From the IMG/VR virus record IMGVR_UViG_3300036768_000279, positions 32,001 to 96,000 of that record: a stretch of DNA of 64,000 bases; one strand, 5' to 3'. Every line of letters begins with the position of its first letter. Positions within the stretch are counted from its first letter, which is position 1. The notes under the pieces are model-generated. The model was not told the origin of the DNA. It saw only the letters and a list, made by a program, of their open reading frames with translations, and searched no databases. Position numbers and translations under genes: made by a program. Shown here piece after piece: positions 18,877 through 28,449 of this stretch. The DNA comes from a virus.

Positions 18877-19496
18877 TTCGCGTCTTCGCGTGGGATGTTG
18901 CTGAAATTGCAAGCCCGGTTGGTGGTCGCACCATGCCGGGTGGACAGTTTGCGTTCAAGTACATGGTCGCTTCGGGATGCATGACGGCAGATCCACTCAA
19001 TCCTGCCACTACATCCGGCACTCTACTTTTCGAAGGTACGAAGTTTGACCTTACATCATTGCCTCTGCCGCCGTACTTAGAGTCTAAACCAGCATGTCTA
19101 ACGTTCAACCTAGCCAATAGTGGTGTGGCCATCTCAGACTTGAAATTGTTCCTGATTGACGACTCTGCCCTGAGAGTTGGCGTTTGGTATGGTGTTGGGT
19201 CTGGGCTCGTGCAAGTCAAGCAAGGCGGAAGCAACTGGCTGTACAATTTGACGATGCCTTCGGGCTCTAATCCAGTTTTGACCACAAGCATTCCAAGCCT
19301 GCCCAATGTACGCCGACAAGATGGAACCTGGGCTCTCGCAGGACAGAGCGATAGCGATTCGTCTGAGTTCATATACCTAAACCTCATCCTGCCACTTGGT
19401 TTTCCGTTAGGCAGTTTTGGCGTCTGTGGATCTGGTCTACTCAGGTTCGGATTAGTATTTAACTACTGGTCCAATGACTACCTGCTATCTTTTTAG
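18855..19496 (+). CDS. Virion structural protein (paralog of 17265-17825)
   Basis: C-terminal SEFIYLNL...FPLGSFGVCGSGLLRFGLVFNY. Confidence 0.5.
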   Translation: MSTISPLVRVFAWDVAEIASPVGGRTMPGGQFAFKYMVASGCMTADPLNPATTSGTLLFEGTKFDLTSLPLPPYLESKPACLTFNLANSGVAISDLKLFLIDDSALRVGVWYGVGSGLVQVKQGGSNWLYNLTMPSGSNPVLTTSIPSLPNVRRQDGTWALAGQSDSDSSEFIYLNLILPLGFPLGSFGVCGSGLLRFGLVFNYWSNDYLLSF

Positions 19497-19502
19497 TGTA
19501 TT
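19493..19502 (+). promoter_or_regulatory. Putative late promoter TTAGTGTAnT, copy 4
   Basis: Overlaps the TAG stop of the upstream gene. Confidence 0.6.
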
Positions 19503-19558
19503 CTCTCGTGGGTCTAGCACCCGAGTCAAACGTTTGATTTTCCACAAGGAGGCCATTC

Positions 19559-19744
19559 ATGGCAACTTTCAATTTCACAAGTAGCACGAACAACGCCAAC
19601 GTTGTACTGTGGAGCTTCGGAACAAAGCTTGAGAAGCATTCCGATCGCGACGCAGTTTCAACGGCCCGTGGGGGTTTGATCAGTGCGGTCAATAACCTCG
19701 GCACAGGCGTAGCTGCGGGCGAGCCGTTCACCATCCTTGGATGA
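19559..19744 (+). CDS. Small (61 aa) putative virion protein
   Basis: Strong SD AAGGAGG, with its own promoter motif upstream and a hairpin downstream. Confidence 0.7.
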   Translation: MATFNFTSSTNNANVVLWSFGTKLEKHSDRDAVSTARGGLISAVNNLGTGVAAGEPFTILG

Positions 19745-19765
19745 TTGAACCTCGTTGAGTGCTAA

Positions 19766-19794
19766 CAAGGAGCCCGCTTCTGGCGGGCTCCTTG
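19766..19794 (+). terminator. Stem-loop/terminator
   Basis: CAAGGAGCCCGC-TTCTG-GCGGGCTCCTTG, perfect 12-bp stem but no clear U-tract. Confidence 0.6.
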
Positions 19795-19796
19795 CG

Positions 19797-19806
19797 TTAG
19801 TGTATT
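19797..19806 (+). promoter_or_regulatory. Putative late promoter TTAGTGTAnT, copy 5
   Basis: Immediately after the hairpin, the same layout as copy 1. Confidence 0.65.
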
Positions 19807-19857
19807 ACTATTTCGAGGCGTAGCGTTTCGCTTAGCCTTGGGTGTAAGGGGTAGTAC

Positions 19858-20322
19858 ATGGTCAACGCTTCGTTTGAACACGAGGGCAATCTCGGCTCTC
19901 TCAAGGTGGTTACACACTTTGACACTACGCACGTCATTTCTTGCGAGAAGCGAGACGGCGAGTCGTTCCGTTTGGGCGGAACAGCAGTTAACGAAGTCGC
20001 CGTATTTGAAGGTGTCGTACTCAACCTTCCCCTTTCTACTTTTCGAGCGTTTGCGTCTAATGGACGTATTTTCGAGAGTAAGGGTATTTTGTCTCCAGAA
20101 AATTGGAGCGACGCAGATTTGCACTGCTATGTGCATGAGCATTATCCATTGGACATGGAGGGCAAAGAGCCAACTTGGTTTATTGCTAGTCATCCGCTCC
20201 AAAATGCTCACCACATCTTCATCAATCTTGATGTGTTAGATGGCGGCGGCAATGTTATCAAGAGATATCGAGTATCTCCTTTTACAGGCGAGCACGTAGT
20301 ATTGGAGTACGTACATGGCTAA
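19858..20322 (+). CDS. Hypothetical protein
   Basis: 154 aa, overlaps the next start. Confidence 0.6.
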   Translation: MVNASFEHEGNLGSLKVVTHFDTTHVISCEKRDGESFRLGGTAVNEVAVFEGVVLNLPLSTFRAFASNGRIFESKGILSPENWSDADLHCYVHEHYPLDMEGKEPTWFIASHPLQNAHHIFINLDVLDGGGNVIKRYRVSPFTGEHVVLEYVHG

Positions 20323-23300
20323 CTTCCTCAATGATGGCTCGCTGATTGGATTTTGGCCGCTCAATGAACCTAGCGGCTCTCCAATCTTTTTGAACTATTC
20401 CCCAGCACGCTCCCGTCAACCTAGTGGCATCTCGTTCGATTTTCACGTTGCCCAAGCCGAATCTGAGGCCGCCGCACAAGTCAAATCTGTGTGGCCAGGT
20501 ACTGCTACAGTGTTCAATCCTGAGTCTGGAGTCAACTACAACGGCTTCATGGTTCAGGGTTACTGGAAGCTTGGTACGGACTCTTCGCCATACAGCAGGT
20601 ACCTAGTTCTTGGTAATGGATGTTCACAAGTTCGCGAACAAACACTTTCACAGAACGTTGCACAAAGTGGTATTACTGTTGGTATTTGGGTATATCCAAA
20701 CAGCAACGGATACCTGAATTTCTATACAGACGCAAACACTGCTTCGTATAATGGCGAAACAGAGGGCACACGCTGTCACATGTTGTTTGGTCAAAAACAA
20801 TTTGCTCAGCTTGGTGGTTGGCAAATTGGAATCTCTGGTGCTATGGATCAGGGAGCACAATTCAATTCTGCCGCTAGCAATAGACAGTTGACGGCATATG
20901 CAAGCATTGAACGTAATGCCGGTAGTCCAACTGTGCTTCGTACTCCAATTGAATCTGGTAGATATACCCACCTTACATTCACGTTCCGTTATCTTGATGG
21001 TACTACAGACCAAGTAGTTTTGTACAAAGATGGACGTGTTGCTGCGAGCGGCACAAGCAATACTGGTGCTGGCGGAGCAAGTGCAACGTGTTTGGCAAAC
21101 TCTAACTTGACTGGTAGAGCTGTTACAATTGGTGGTGGCGATAATGCTAATACCGGTACAAACAATTATGGTGGTACGTGTGGATGGAATCACCTTGTGT
21201 CTGGAGCGTACATCTTTAGACGTGTGCTGCACGAGGGCGAAATCCTCGATCTTCATAATGGACAAACGCTCCAACCACTTGAAGGCAATAGAAAACACCC
21301 AATCAAAGTTGAATTGACAGACAGTCAATTACTTGCCTACTATCCATTCCGTTCGGTTGGATGGCCAGATGTATCTAAAAATCACAGACCATTGATTGGT
21401 CAAAAGGACGAAGGACCGAGCACAACTATCATTCCGATTCCTGGTCCTTTCAAGGCCGGGGCGATGCTTAACAATGGTACAAACCAATCAAACCATGTTG
21501 TAGCAACTAGCGGCTTGATTTACGACATGATTAATGCTCGTAGTTGGACTATCGGCATGTTTGCTGGACCAACTAACGGTCTTGGTCGCCCGAGTAACAT
21601 GTTGTTCTCGATGGGATCTGTTTCTGCGACCACAACGGTTGGTGCCCCTGCCGCCATTACAACATCAACATTTGGCATGGCATTAACAGAATTCGGTGCT
21701 CCAAACAGAATTCGTTTCTCTGCCTATCCTCTTGGCGATATCACAGCGTCGGTATTCAATATTGATACCGCGACCAGCGGCTACTATCGTGGCGTTTCGC
21801 ATCATTATGCGGTTGCTTACGATGACTCTACAAAGGGCATTGCTGTTTACGTTGATGGACATTTACAGGGAAGCGGCACGCTTGCACATTCGCTAAGTGA
21901 TCAGCTTTTACGATTGGCTGGTAGTGGGTACCCTTTGATGTTTACGAATGGCGTATCAGACACAATTTCTGATGCGGCTAGCCACGGAACTCTAGCTGCC
22001 GGTGGACAGGACTTGTTTGTTGGTCCTATTATTGTAATGGGCCGTGCGTTACTACCGGAAGAGATCATGTACGTTGCTCAAAGCGGCATCGATACTACGC
22101 CAACTTGGAGAACTCCACACGATCCAAGACTTGTTGGTTATTGGCCGTGTACTGATTTCAAGCTTGATGACGTTATTGCAGAAGATCGTGCCCGAGTATG
22201 GGAGCCATTCCCAGGCAATTTGTCTCGTGGTGACACAACCACTAAGTGGGCGGCATGGTATGTAAGTCCACGCTTCAATCAATTTGGAACTCGTACTACA
22301 CCAGCGGCACTAGACAGCTATGGCGTTCTTGGCATTACGTCTGGCATTTTTGGAGTGCATGGTCTAAGTCCTGGCACTGCTGTCGTGGCCGATGCGTCAC
22401 CAGCCAGGTCATCGATTGCTAACTTGGCTCTGCGTTACAAGCCGGTGAACGAACAGAATAACTTGGCGTGTCAAAATCCGATTGGAGACTTTGTTCTTGG
22501 ATATGAAGTAACTCCAAGCGGTAATATTCCGGCTACACCATTTGGTTTGACAGCAGACAATACCAAGTTTGAATTCAATTCAACATTGCACGTATATGGT
22601 AATCTTGCCGGTTCCACAACCGATGGAGAAGTGCGTTCGTTCTTAACGACAGTAGACGCCGCTCAGGGTTCTGGTGTTTCTATTGTTTTCGCTTCACGCA
22701 CAGGCACATTTTCGGCAGCTAACTACACTGCATTAATATCTGGTGTATTGCCTTATGGTATTCCAAGCAAGGTTTTGCTTCACGCTAAGTTTGATTCGCC
22801 ATACAACGTTAATGCTGATGCCGCTGGCACTACTCCACTTACACTATCGCTTTGGATCAATGGCAACCTTGCTTCTAAACGCCGCATGACGGCAGCTACA
22901 GCAAGACTATGGACGGACAATACAGCCGATAGCAGTGGCGACGACTTCTTGTTGGAGTTCGGCGGCGAAGCGGGCAATGATACACTGACGACTCAAATTT
23001 CTCGTGATGGTGGTCTGGGAGAGATTTACATGCGTGAGATCTTCCTCATGCGTGGAACATTTGACAAAGATGAAATTCAGGCTTTGGCAACAAGCGGTAT
23101 TCAAAACCCAAGTATTGCTGGATACACTCCAACTCTACCCAAGACGCAAGTCACTGTCTTTGATTCAAATCTAGAAGGATATTGGCGATTCAATGGATTT
23201 GCTGGCGGCGGGTCTGGAACTACAGACCTGAGCTTGAAGTCGCATCATTTGACGCCACTCGCAGAACAGAAAAATAGAGCTGGTGCTGCTAATCAAGCTA

Positions 23301-25132
23301 CGAGATCATTTACGTTCTTGCCTGGACCGCTGAAAAACTCAGACTTGTTGGTGCAGTGCAGTGGCTTGACTTACGCAAATGGTAGTGCTGGTACTACAAA
23401 TTTGATTCCTCCATTTGCTGTGTCTGGATCGTATTTCGACAGTCCACAAAACGGATTCTCGGTTGGTTTCTTTATGGCAAAGAGAGCCAATGCTGTTACC
23501 AACAATGTGGACCCTATGCTTGTGTATGGTCTTGTTAATGCTACAAATTCCACAAACACTGCAATTGATTTCAATCGTGGTTGGGCAATTGTTGGTGACG
23601 ACAACGGCAACATTAAAATGGTGATGTCAGTGGGTGGTGGTGGTTACTACGATAATCCCACCGTAGCGGTGCCTATTCAATCTGGTCAGATCGTTTGTGG
23701 TACTTACGATAATGACAGTCCATACGAAGATCAAACACGCTTCAACAACTATCTATTTGGCAATCCAAAACCACCGAGGTTGGATTTCTGGAACCATTAT
23801 TGTTGGACGTGGGATCCTACACAAAAAGAACTGAAGTGTTTTGTCAATGGTCAAGAGGTTGATCGCAAGGGAACAAAATTTGCGGTTGATCCATTGAACG
23901 GTGGTCCTGCATCAGGCTTGAATCCAATTGTGCCAGTCAATCCAGCGGCTCGCATGATCACGTTCTTGTCGCACCAAAATGCCTCTCCATGGGACTTTAG
24001 TGCATCCGCCTTGCATGATGAACATTCCATCATTACTGACGTTTTCTATTTCTCTCGTCAACTCACTGAAGCTGAAGTGCGTTACATTTCTCAAAATGGG
24101 ATCGATGGTGCAAACGGCACAGCAACAAGCGGAACGATCGGTGGATACATTCTAGGATCTATGCAGGCGTCTGGTTCTATTGGCGGTTATCAAAGAGGCT
24201 TGGACACCACTTCAGGCATCTTTGGTGGCTTCAATTTCTCTGCTGAGGCGGCGTCCGGTATTATTGGAGGATACATTTCCGGCGTCACGTTCTTTACGGC
24301 TGCACCATCTGGATCGTTCGGCGGATATATCCGTGGATACGATTTTGGATCAGGTCTCTTTGGCGGATTTATCAAGGGTGCTGGAACACTAAGTGGTATC
24401 CTTGGTGGATTCATGCTTGGAGGTCTTCGTGGAAGCATGCAATTCGATGGCGGATTCACAGTACAAGCTTTTGCCGCTAAGGACTTCGACTCGCAAGTAG
24501 TCATTCGCCAGAATACGACATCTGACTTTGATGCCAAACTAGTCATTTTCCAAGCCGAAACCGGACCACTTGTAGATATCATTGTTCCGTCAAGAACCGT
24601 AAGTGGAGTAACCGCCCCATTCAACCAATACTTTGTTGGTGCTGCATCAGGCACACAAGGCAAGTCTATCGTACAAACACGCTGGACATTTGGAGACTTG
24701 ACGCCATCTGTTTCTGTTTCGCCAAGTGGTGATGGATTCTATCCAGTTCAGCATTACTATGCTGGTAGCGGATTCTTCATTGCCAAGTTTGAAGCAATCG
24801 ATTCGAATGGCATCCATGGATCGGCTACACGCATTATTAATGCCGCATCTGGCATTGATCCTGTGATTGTCAGCCTATCTGGAGTGCCACGTTCTGGCAA
24901 TGCTGCACTGACAGTGGATTTCGTGACGACAGTTGATATTTTGCCACCTGGGGTAGCCATCAATACAAGTCTGTTGAACTTTGATGATGGACAGTCTACG
25001 ATTACGCTCAGCCCGACTCACGTCTATACAGAACCAGGAACTTACAAACCAATCTGGATTGTTCGCGATTCTCGTGGCGTGATTTGGTGTGATAGCCTCG
25101 AAGCCGGTAACGACTTCTTGAGAGGGGTCTAG
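20315..25132 (+). CDS. Large tail fibre/adhesin: four LamG (ConA-like) modules, Gly-rich repeat, two PKD domains
   Basis: Module starts LIGFWPLNE, LLAYYPF, LVGYWPC, LEGYWRFN; LYKDG/VYVDG/WING/FVNG; PKD motifs WTFGD and NFDDG...HVYTEPGTY. Confidence 0.75.
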   Translation: MANFLNDGSLIGFWPLNEPSGSPIFLNYSPARSRQPSGISFDFHVAQAESEAAAQVKSVWPGTATVFNPESGVNYNGFMVQGYWKLGTDSSPYSRYLVLGNGCSQVREQTLSQNVAQSGITVGIWVYPNSNGYLNFYTDANTASYNGETEGTRCHMLFGQKQFAQLGGWQIGISGAMDQGAQFNSAASNRQLTAYASIERNAGSPTVLRTPIESGRYTHLTFTFRYLDGTTDQVVLYKDGRVAASGTSNTGAGGASATCLANSNLTGRAVTIGGGDNANTGTNNYGGTCGWNHLVSGAYIFRRVLHEGEILDLHNGQTLQPLEGNRKHPIKVELTDSQLLAYYPFRSVGWPDVSKNHRPLIGQKDEGPSTTIIPIPGPFKAGAMLNNGTNQSNHVVATSGLIYDMINARSWTIGMFAGPTNGLGRPSNMLFSMGSVSATTTVGAPAAITTSTFGMALTEFGAPNRIRFSAYPLGDITASVFNIDTATSGYYRGVSHHYAVAYDDSTKGIAVYVDGHLQGSGTLAHSLSDQLLRLAGSGYPLMFTNGVSDTISDAASHGTLAAGGQDLFVGPIIVMGRALLPEEIMYVAQSGIDTTPTWRTPHDPRLVGYWPCTDFKLDDVIAEDRARVWEPFPGNLSRGDTTTKWAAWYVSPRFNQFGTRTTPAALDSYGVLGITSGIFGVHGLSPGTAVVADASPARSSIANLALRYKPVNEQNNLACQNPIGDFVLGYEVTPSGNIPATPFGLTADNTKFEFNSTLHVYGNLAGSTTDGEVRSFLTTVDAAQGSGVSIVFASRTGTFSAANYTALISGVLPYGIPSKVLLHAKFDSPYNVNADAAGTTPLTLSLWINGNLASKRRMTAATARLWTDNTADSSGDDFLLEFGGEAGNDTLTTQISRDGGLGEIYMREIFLMRGTFDKDEIQALATSGIQNPSIAGYTPTLPKTQVTVFDSNLEGYWRFNGFAGGGSGTTDLSLKSHHLTPLAEQKNRAGAANQATRSFTFLPGPLKNSDLLVQCSGLTYANGSAGTTNLIPPFAVSGSYFDSPQNGFSVGFFMAKRANAVTNNVDPMLVYGLVNATNSTNTAIDFNRGWAIVGDDNGNIKMVMSVGGGGYYDNPTVAVPIQSGQIVCGTYDNDSPYEDQTRFNNYLFGNPKPPRLDFWNHYCWTWDPTQKELKCFVNGQEVDRKGTKFAVDPLNGGPASGLNPIVPVNPAARMITFLSHQNASPWDFSASALHDEHSIITDVFYFSRQLTEAEVRYISQNGIDGANGTATSGTIGGYILGSMQASGSIGGYQRGLDTTSGIFGGFNFSAEAASGIIGGYISGVTFFTAAPSGSFGGYIRGYDFGSGLFGGFIKGAGTLSGILGGFMLGGLRGSMQFDGGFTVQAFAAKDFDSQVVIRQNTTSDFDAKLVIFQAETGPLVDIIVPSRTVSGVTAPFNQYFVGAASGTQGKSIVQTRWTFGDLTPSVSVSPSGDGFYPVQHYYAGSGFFIAKFEAIDSNGIHGSATRIINAASGIDPVIVSLSGVPRSGNAALTVDFVTTVDILPPGVAINTSLLNFDDGQSTITLSPTHVYTEPGTYKPIWIVRDSRGVIWCDSLEAGNDFLRGV
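24125..24432 (+). repeat. Seven imperfect peptide repeats SGxxGG[YF]xxG
   Basis: TSGTIGGYILG, ASGSIGGYQRG, TSGIFGGFNFS, ASGIIGGYISG, PSGSFGGYIRG, GSGLFGGFIKG, LSGILGGFMLG. Confidence 0.85.
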
Positions 25133-25134
25133 GC

Positions 25135-28100
25135 ATGAACATTCTTGTATCTAATGGCATTGTTGTTAGCGGCGTAGGTGTGCCGCTCAATGGCATTGCA
25201 TTTCCATCTGGTCAGTTTGGTTCTGGCGTGCCGGGATCTCAACTAGCAGCTTTCTTGTCTTCTGCTAATGCTACGTTTGGTTTCAATCTAACTCCACACA
25301 ACCTACAAACTGAATGGATTCCCGTTGGTCCTCCAGAGACCTTCCATGGTGCTAGCGGACAGTTGCCAGAAATTGGCAAACCAATGGAGATTTTCATTGG
25401 CGACTTCTACTTCCGTGGCAGTGTAGTTCACTCAGATTACACAACAAGTATTGGTGGAACGATTGTAAATGTGACATTAGAAGATGATCGTCGCTACTTG
25501 CGTCGCGTCAAGGTTCATACAGAAGATCTTGGTCAGAGCGTACCAAGCGGCGTTGTATCTGTTGCTAGAGCATTCCGAATTCTGAATGGTCTTGAGGACG
25601 TTGACGGCAATCCATCAGAGCCTCTTGTAAAGGAATATGATCGCATCCTTCAATTCGGTGGTACGTACGATCAAATCTTGGCGGCTATCGACCTTGCTTA
25701 CAACGAGGGCAATTGTTCGATTCCGGTTTCTATTCTGCCCACGGTAGAACAGATTGAGAAGAACATTGGCGGAACTGTAACGGCCATTCGTTTTCAGTTC
25801 AATCTAGACACACTGGATGACGTGCTTTCGCGTGTATTGCTAGATACTGGTTATGACTGGTACTGGAATATGGATGCACAGCGTGTCGCACTTATCAACA
25901 AAAAGAAACAGTTCGACATTAGTGAAGCCGATATCCTGAATCTGGTGTCGCAGTTTGGTAGTGCGTCTGGACTAAACGAAACGAAACAGCTTGGCTTTGG
26001 TCAAGACGTTGTTCCAGATCCAACACGCTTCCGCGTTCTTGGCGGACACCAAGAAGGCTTCATCAACTCTCATTTGTTGAGTCCAATTGATGGCATGGAT
26101 ACGTCCGCATTGGACGGCAATGTTGTATTCACTAAGGCATGGGACAAACTGAGTGTTGGATTCTATGACGCTGATGGCTTCTTCCGTACATACCGACCAA
26201 CAGAAAAGGAATTGCAGCTTGCGTTGGCGGGCATTGAGCAATGGACATACTACAAGATCTATCAGACGGCTAGCGGCACAGCGAACCCTCCAGGATACGG
26301 ATACCCACCTGACAACGGCTCGATCGCCGCTCAAGACCCATCATTCCAAAGTCGTCTTGATCCTAACATGCCGCTTGCTGGTATTGCTACTGGAGCAGCC
26401 GAGTCTGGTTTGAGGGTGATCAGCAATCGTCGAGACCAAGAACAAAACTGGGTAATCGCTTTCTACAATCGAGTACGCGATCATGCATCACGTCACTATG
26501 GACGCTCGTATGTGGCTGAGGGCTTGTTGTACAATCAAGCTTCCGGTCTTTTCCAGCTTGTTGATGCTGCATGGGCAAATATCGAAAATCAGGTACAGGG
26601 ATATTCTCTATCTGCTTCTGGTACAGTTACAACAAGCGGCGTGTTCGTAGAAGACTATGAAATCAATCGTGCTCTAGGTCCGATAAGTCCATTCGTGACA
26701 GATGATTTTAGAGTTCGTGCATACTGTGTTCTGCCTCGCGATACGGTGTATGGTCCTCTTGGCGACGACAATCCAGCAAGCTTTGCAAACTGGACGGAAG
26801 ACGCTCCGCCATTCAATCCAAGCGGAGACGGCAGACACTACATTCCGATCACTTTGCAGGACGTTGGTGATCGTGTCATTGACCCGCATAGTGAAGCAGA
26901 CCTTTACGGATTTGAGTCATATCCAAAAGGCACATTGCTTTGTCAACTACCAATCAACGCCGGACCATCTGGCGGGATTGTGAATGATGGTATCATCTTC
27001 AATTTGGCTACGATGTTGACAACTGTCAACAAGCTGACCGGCTCTGGTTTGCTAGATATCATCAATCCATCGCAAGTCTTGAATGTCTATGACGCACTCT
27101 CTGGAGTGGCTATTCCGGTACAGTCGCGTCTGCGTTACGGCCAAACATATCCAAGTCAATGGGTATTGGGCGACCTCCATTATGAGCGTCACGAAGACGT
27201 ACAGCTAGACGACCAGTTTGTACCGTGGGCTTTCTCGCCAGAGGGAAATCAAACATCTCTCCAGATCATGACGGATCGTGCTATTCGTCGTGTACAGGGC
27301 AAAATTGTGCCGAAGTCGTCTTCTCGCTATGCGGATTTCCAGCAAGTGGGATTGCCACTATTGTCCTTTGATGCATTTGCTGAGCAGAACATTGGACCAT
27401 CGGGTCTGTACGGCGAGATTTCGCACGGTGTTAGCGAAATGAACATCAGCTTTGGCGTCGATGGTTTCATTACACGCTACAAGATTCAGTCTTACTATCC
27501 CAAGTTCGGTCGCGAGGCCCCACTGGGTGAACGTGTGCGTGCCCAGCTAAACGGCATCCTCAATCCAATCGATTTCGCCGATCTGCAACTTCTCGACCCA
27601 AATCCGGGCAAGCCATCGAACCCGGCACTACCGGGCGATACGTTCGCACCACCGATCTTTTTCGACGCAGAGCAGAATGCTGTGCGTGTAACGATTACTG
27701 AAGTCAACAATGTTTTCACACTTTCAAGCACTCCCGGTACCGCTATCGATGAACGCTATCGTGGTATCGACCAGCACGCTTACACGAAGCCGCCTATAGC
27801 TCTGAGTTCATCTAACATTGATTTCCGTGAGGGGGCAATTTGTATCGATGGATTCTTGAACATAGGCGATAAGGCAGTCTATCACACCGACAACTTCCAG
27901 TTGCCAAATGGCAACACTATTCTAAGGTATTTCACACAAGGGCGTCCATTTGCCAACGGAACCATTGTTCAGATCGAACGTGTCAATCCAAGCAATACGT
28001 CTAACTATGACGTAACGATTGTTGGTGGCACGGCATCTAGAGCTATCTTCAATCTACCAGTTTTGAATGGCACAGTGACAGTTGGAGACAGAACTACATT

Positions 28101-28449
28101 GGCAGCACAAGGCAATGCCAAGATCATTCCTGGTGAAATGGATGGTACGGTTTACCTCAATGGAACTACTTCAAGTGCCGCTGGTGTTGTGCCTGTAGAA
28201 ATCACGTCTATGTCAGATCAGGGACTCGTAACAGCAAGAGCTACATGTCGTCCATTGAACACGGATGGTCAGGTCGTTAGTTCTGGAACGATCTATTCTA
28301 ACGTTATTCCGATTCCATTCCCACAGTTTGCTTCATCTGGCGACAGAGGATTCTTGGCAAGTGCCGTTGTTCCAAGTGGCTCTTTCGGTGCAACAGCTAC
28401 AGCCAACTTCATCGAAATTGTCAAGCCAGCCTTCTTTAGATATCAGTAA
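25135..28449 (+). CDS. Large tail-tip/hub structural protein
   Basis: 1104 aa, in the tail module, beta-rich. Confidence 0.55.
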   Translation: MNILVSNGIVVSGVGVPLNGIAFPSGQFGSGVPGSQLAAFLSSANATFGFNLTPHNLQTEWIPVGPPETFHGASGQLPEIGKPMEIFIGDFYFRGSVVHSDYTTSIGGTIVNVTLEDDRRYLRRVKVHTEDLGQSVPSGVVSVARAFRILNGLEDVDGNPSEPLVKEYDRILQFGGTYDQILAAIDLAYNEGNCSIPVSILPTVEQIEKNIGGTVTAIRFQFNLDTLDDVLSRVLLDTGYDWYWNMDAQRVALINKKKQFDISEADILNLVSQFGSASGLNETKQLGFGQDVVPDPTRFRVLGGHQEGFINSHLLSPIDGMDTSALDGNVVFTKAWDKLSVGFYDADGFFRTYRPTEKELQLALAGIEQWTYYKIYQTASGTANPPGYGYPPDNGSIAAQDPSFQSRLDPNMPLAGIATGAAESGLRVISNRRDQEQNWVIAFYNRVRDHASRHYGRSYVAEGLLYNQASGLFQLVDAAWANIENQVQGYSLSASGTVTTSGVFVEDYEINRALGPISPFVTDDFRVRAYCVLPRDTVYGPLGDDNPASFANWTEDAPPFNPSGDGRHYIPITLQDVGDRVIDPHSEADLYGFESYPKGTLLCQLPINAGPSGGIVNDGIIFNLATMLTTVNKLTGSGLLDIINPSQVLNVYDALSGVAIPVQSRLRYGQTYPSQWVLGDLHYERHEDVQLDDQFVPWAFSPEGNQTSLQIMTDRAIRRVQGKIVPKSSSRYADFQQVGLPLLSFDAFAEQNIGPSGLYGEISHGVSEMNISFGVDGFITRYKIQSYYPKFGREAPLGERVRAQLNGILNPIDFADLQLLDPNPGKPSNPALPGDTFAPPIFFDAEQNAVRVTITEVNNVFTLSSTPGTAIDERYRGIDQHAYTKPPIALSSSNIDFREGAICIDGFLNIGDKAVYHTDNFQLPNGNTILRYFTQGRPFANGTIVQIERVNPSNTSNYDVTIVGGTASRAIFNLPVLNGTVTVGDRTTLAAQGNAKIIPGEMDGTVYLNGTTSSAAGVVPVEITSMSDQGLVTARATCRPLNTDGQVVSSGTIYSNVIPIPFPQFASSGDRGFLASAVVPSGSFGATATANFIEIVKPAFFRYQ

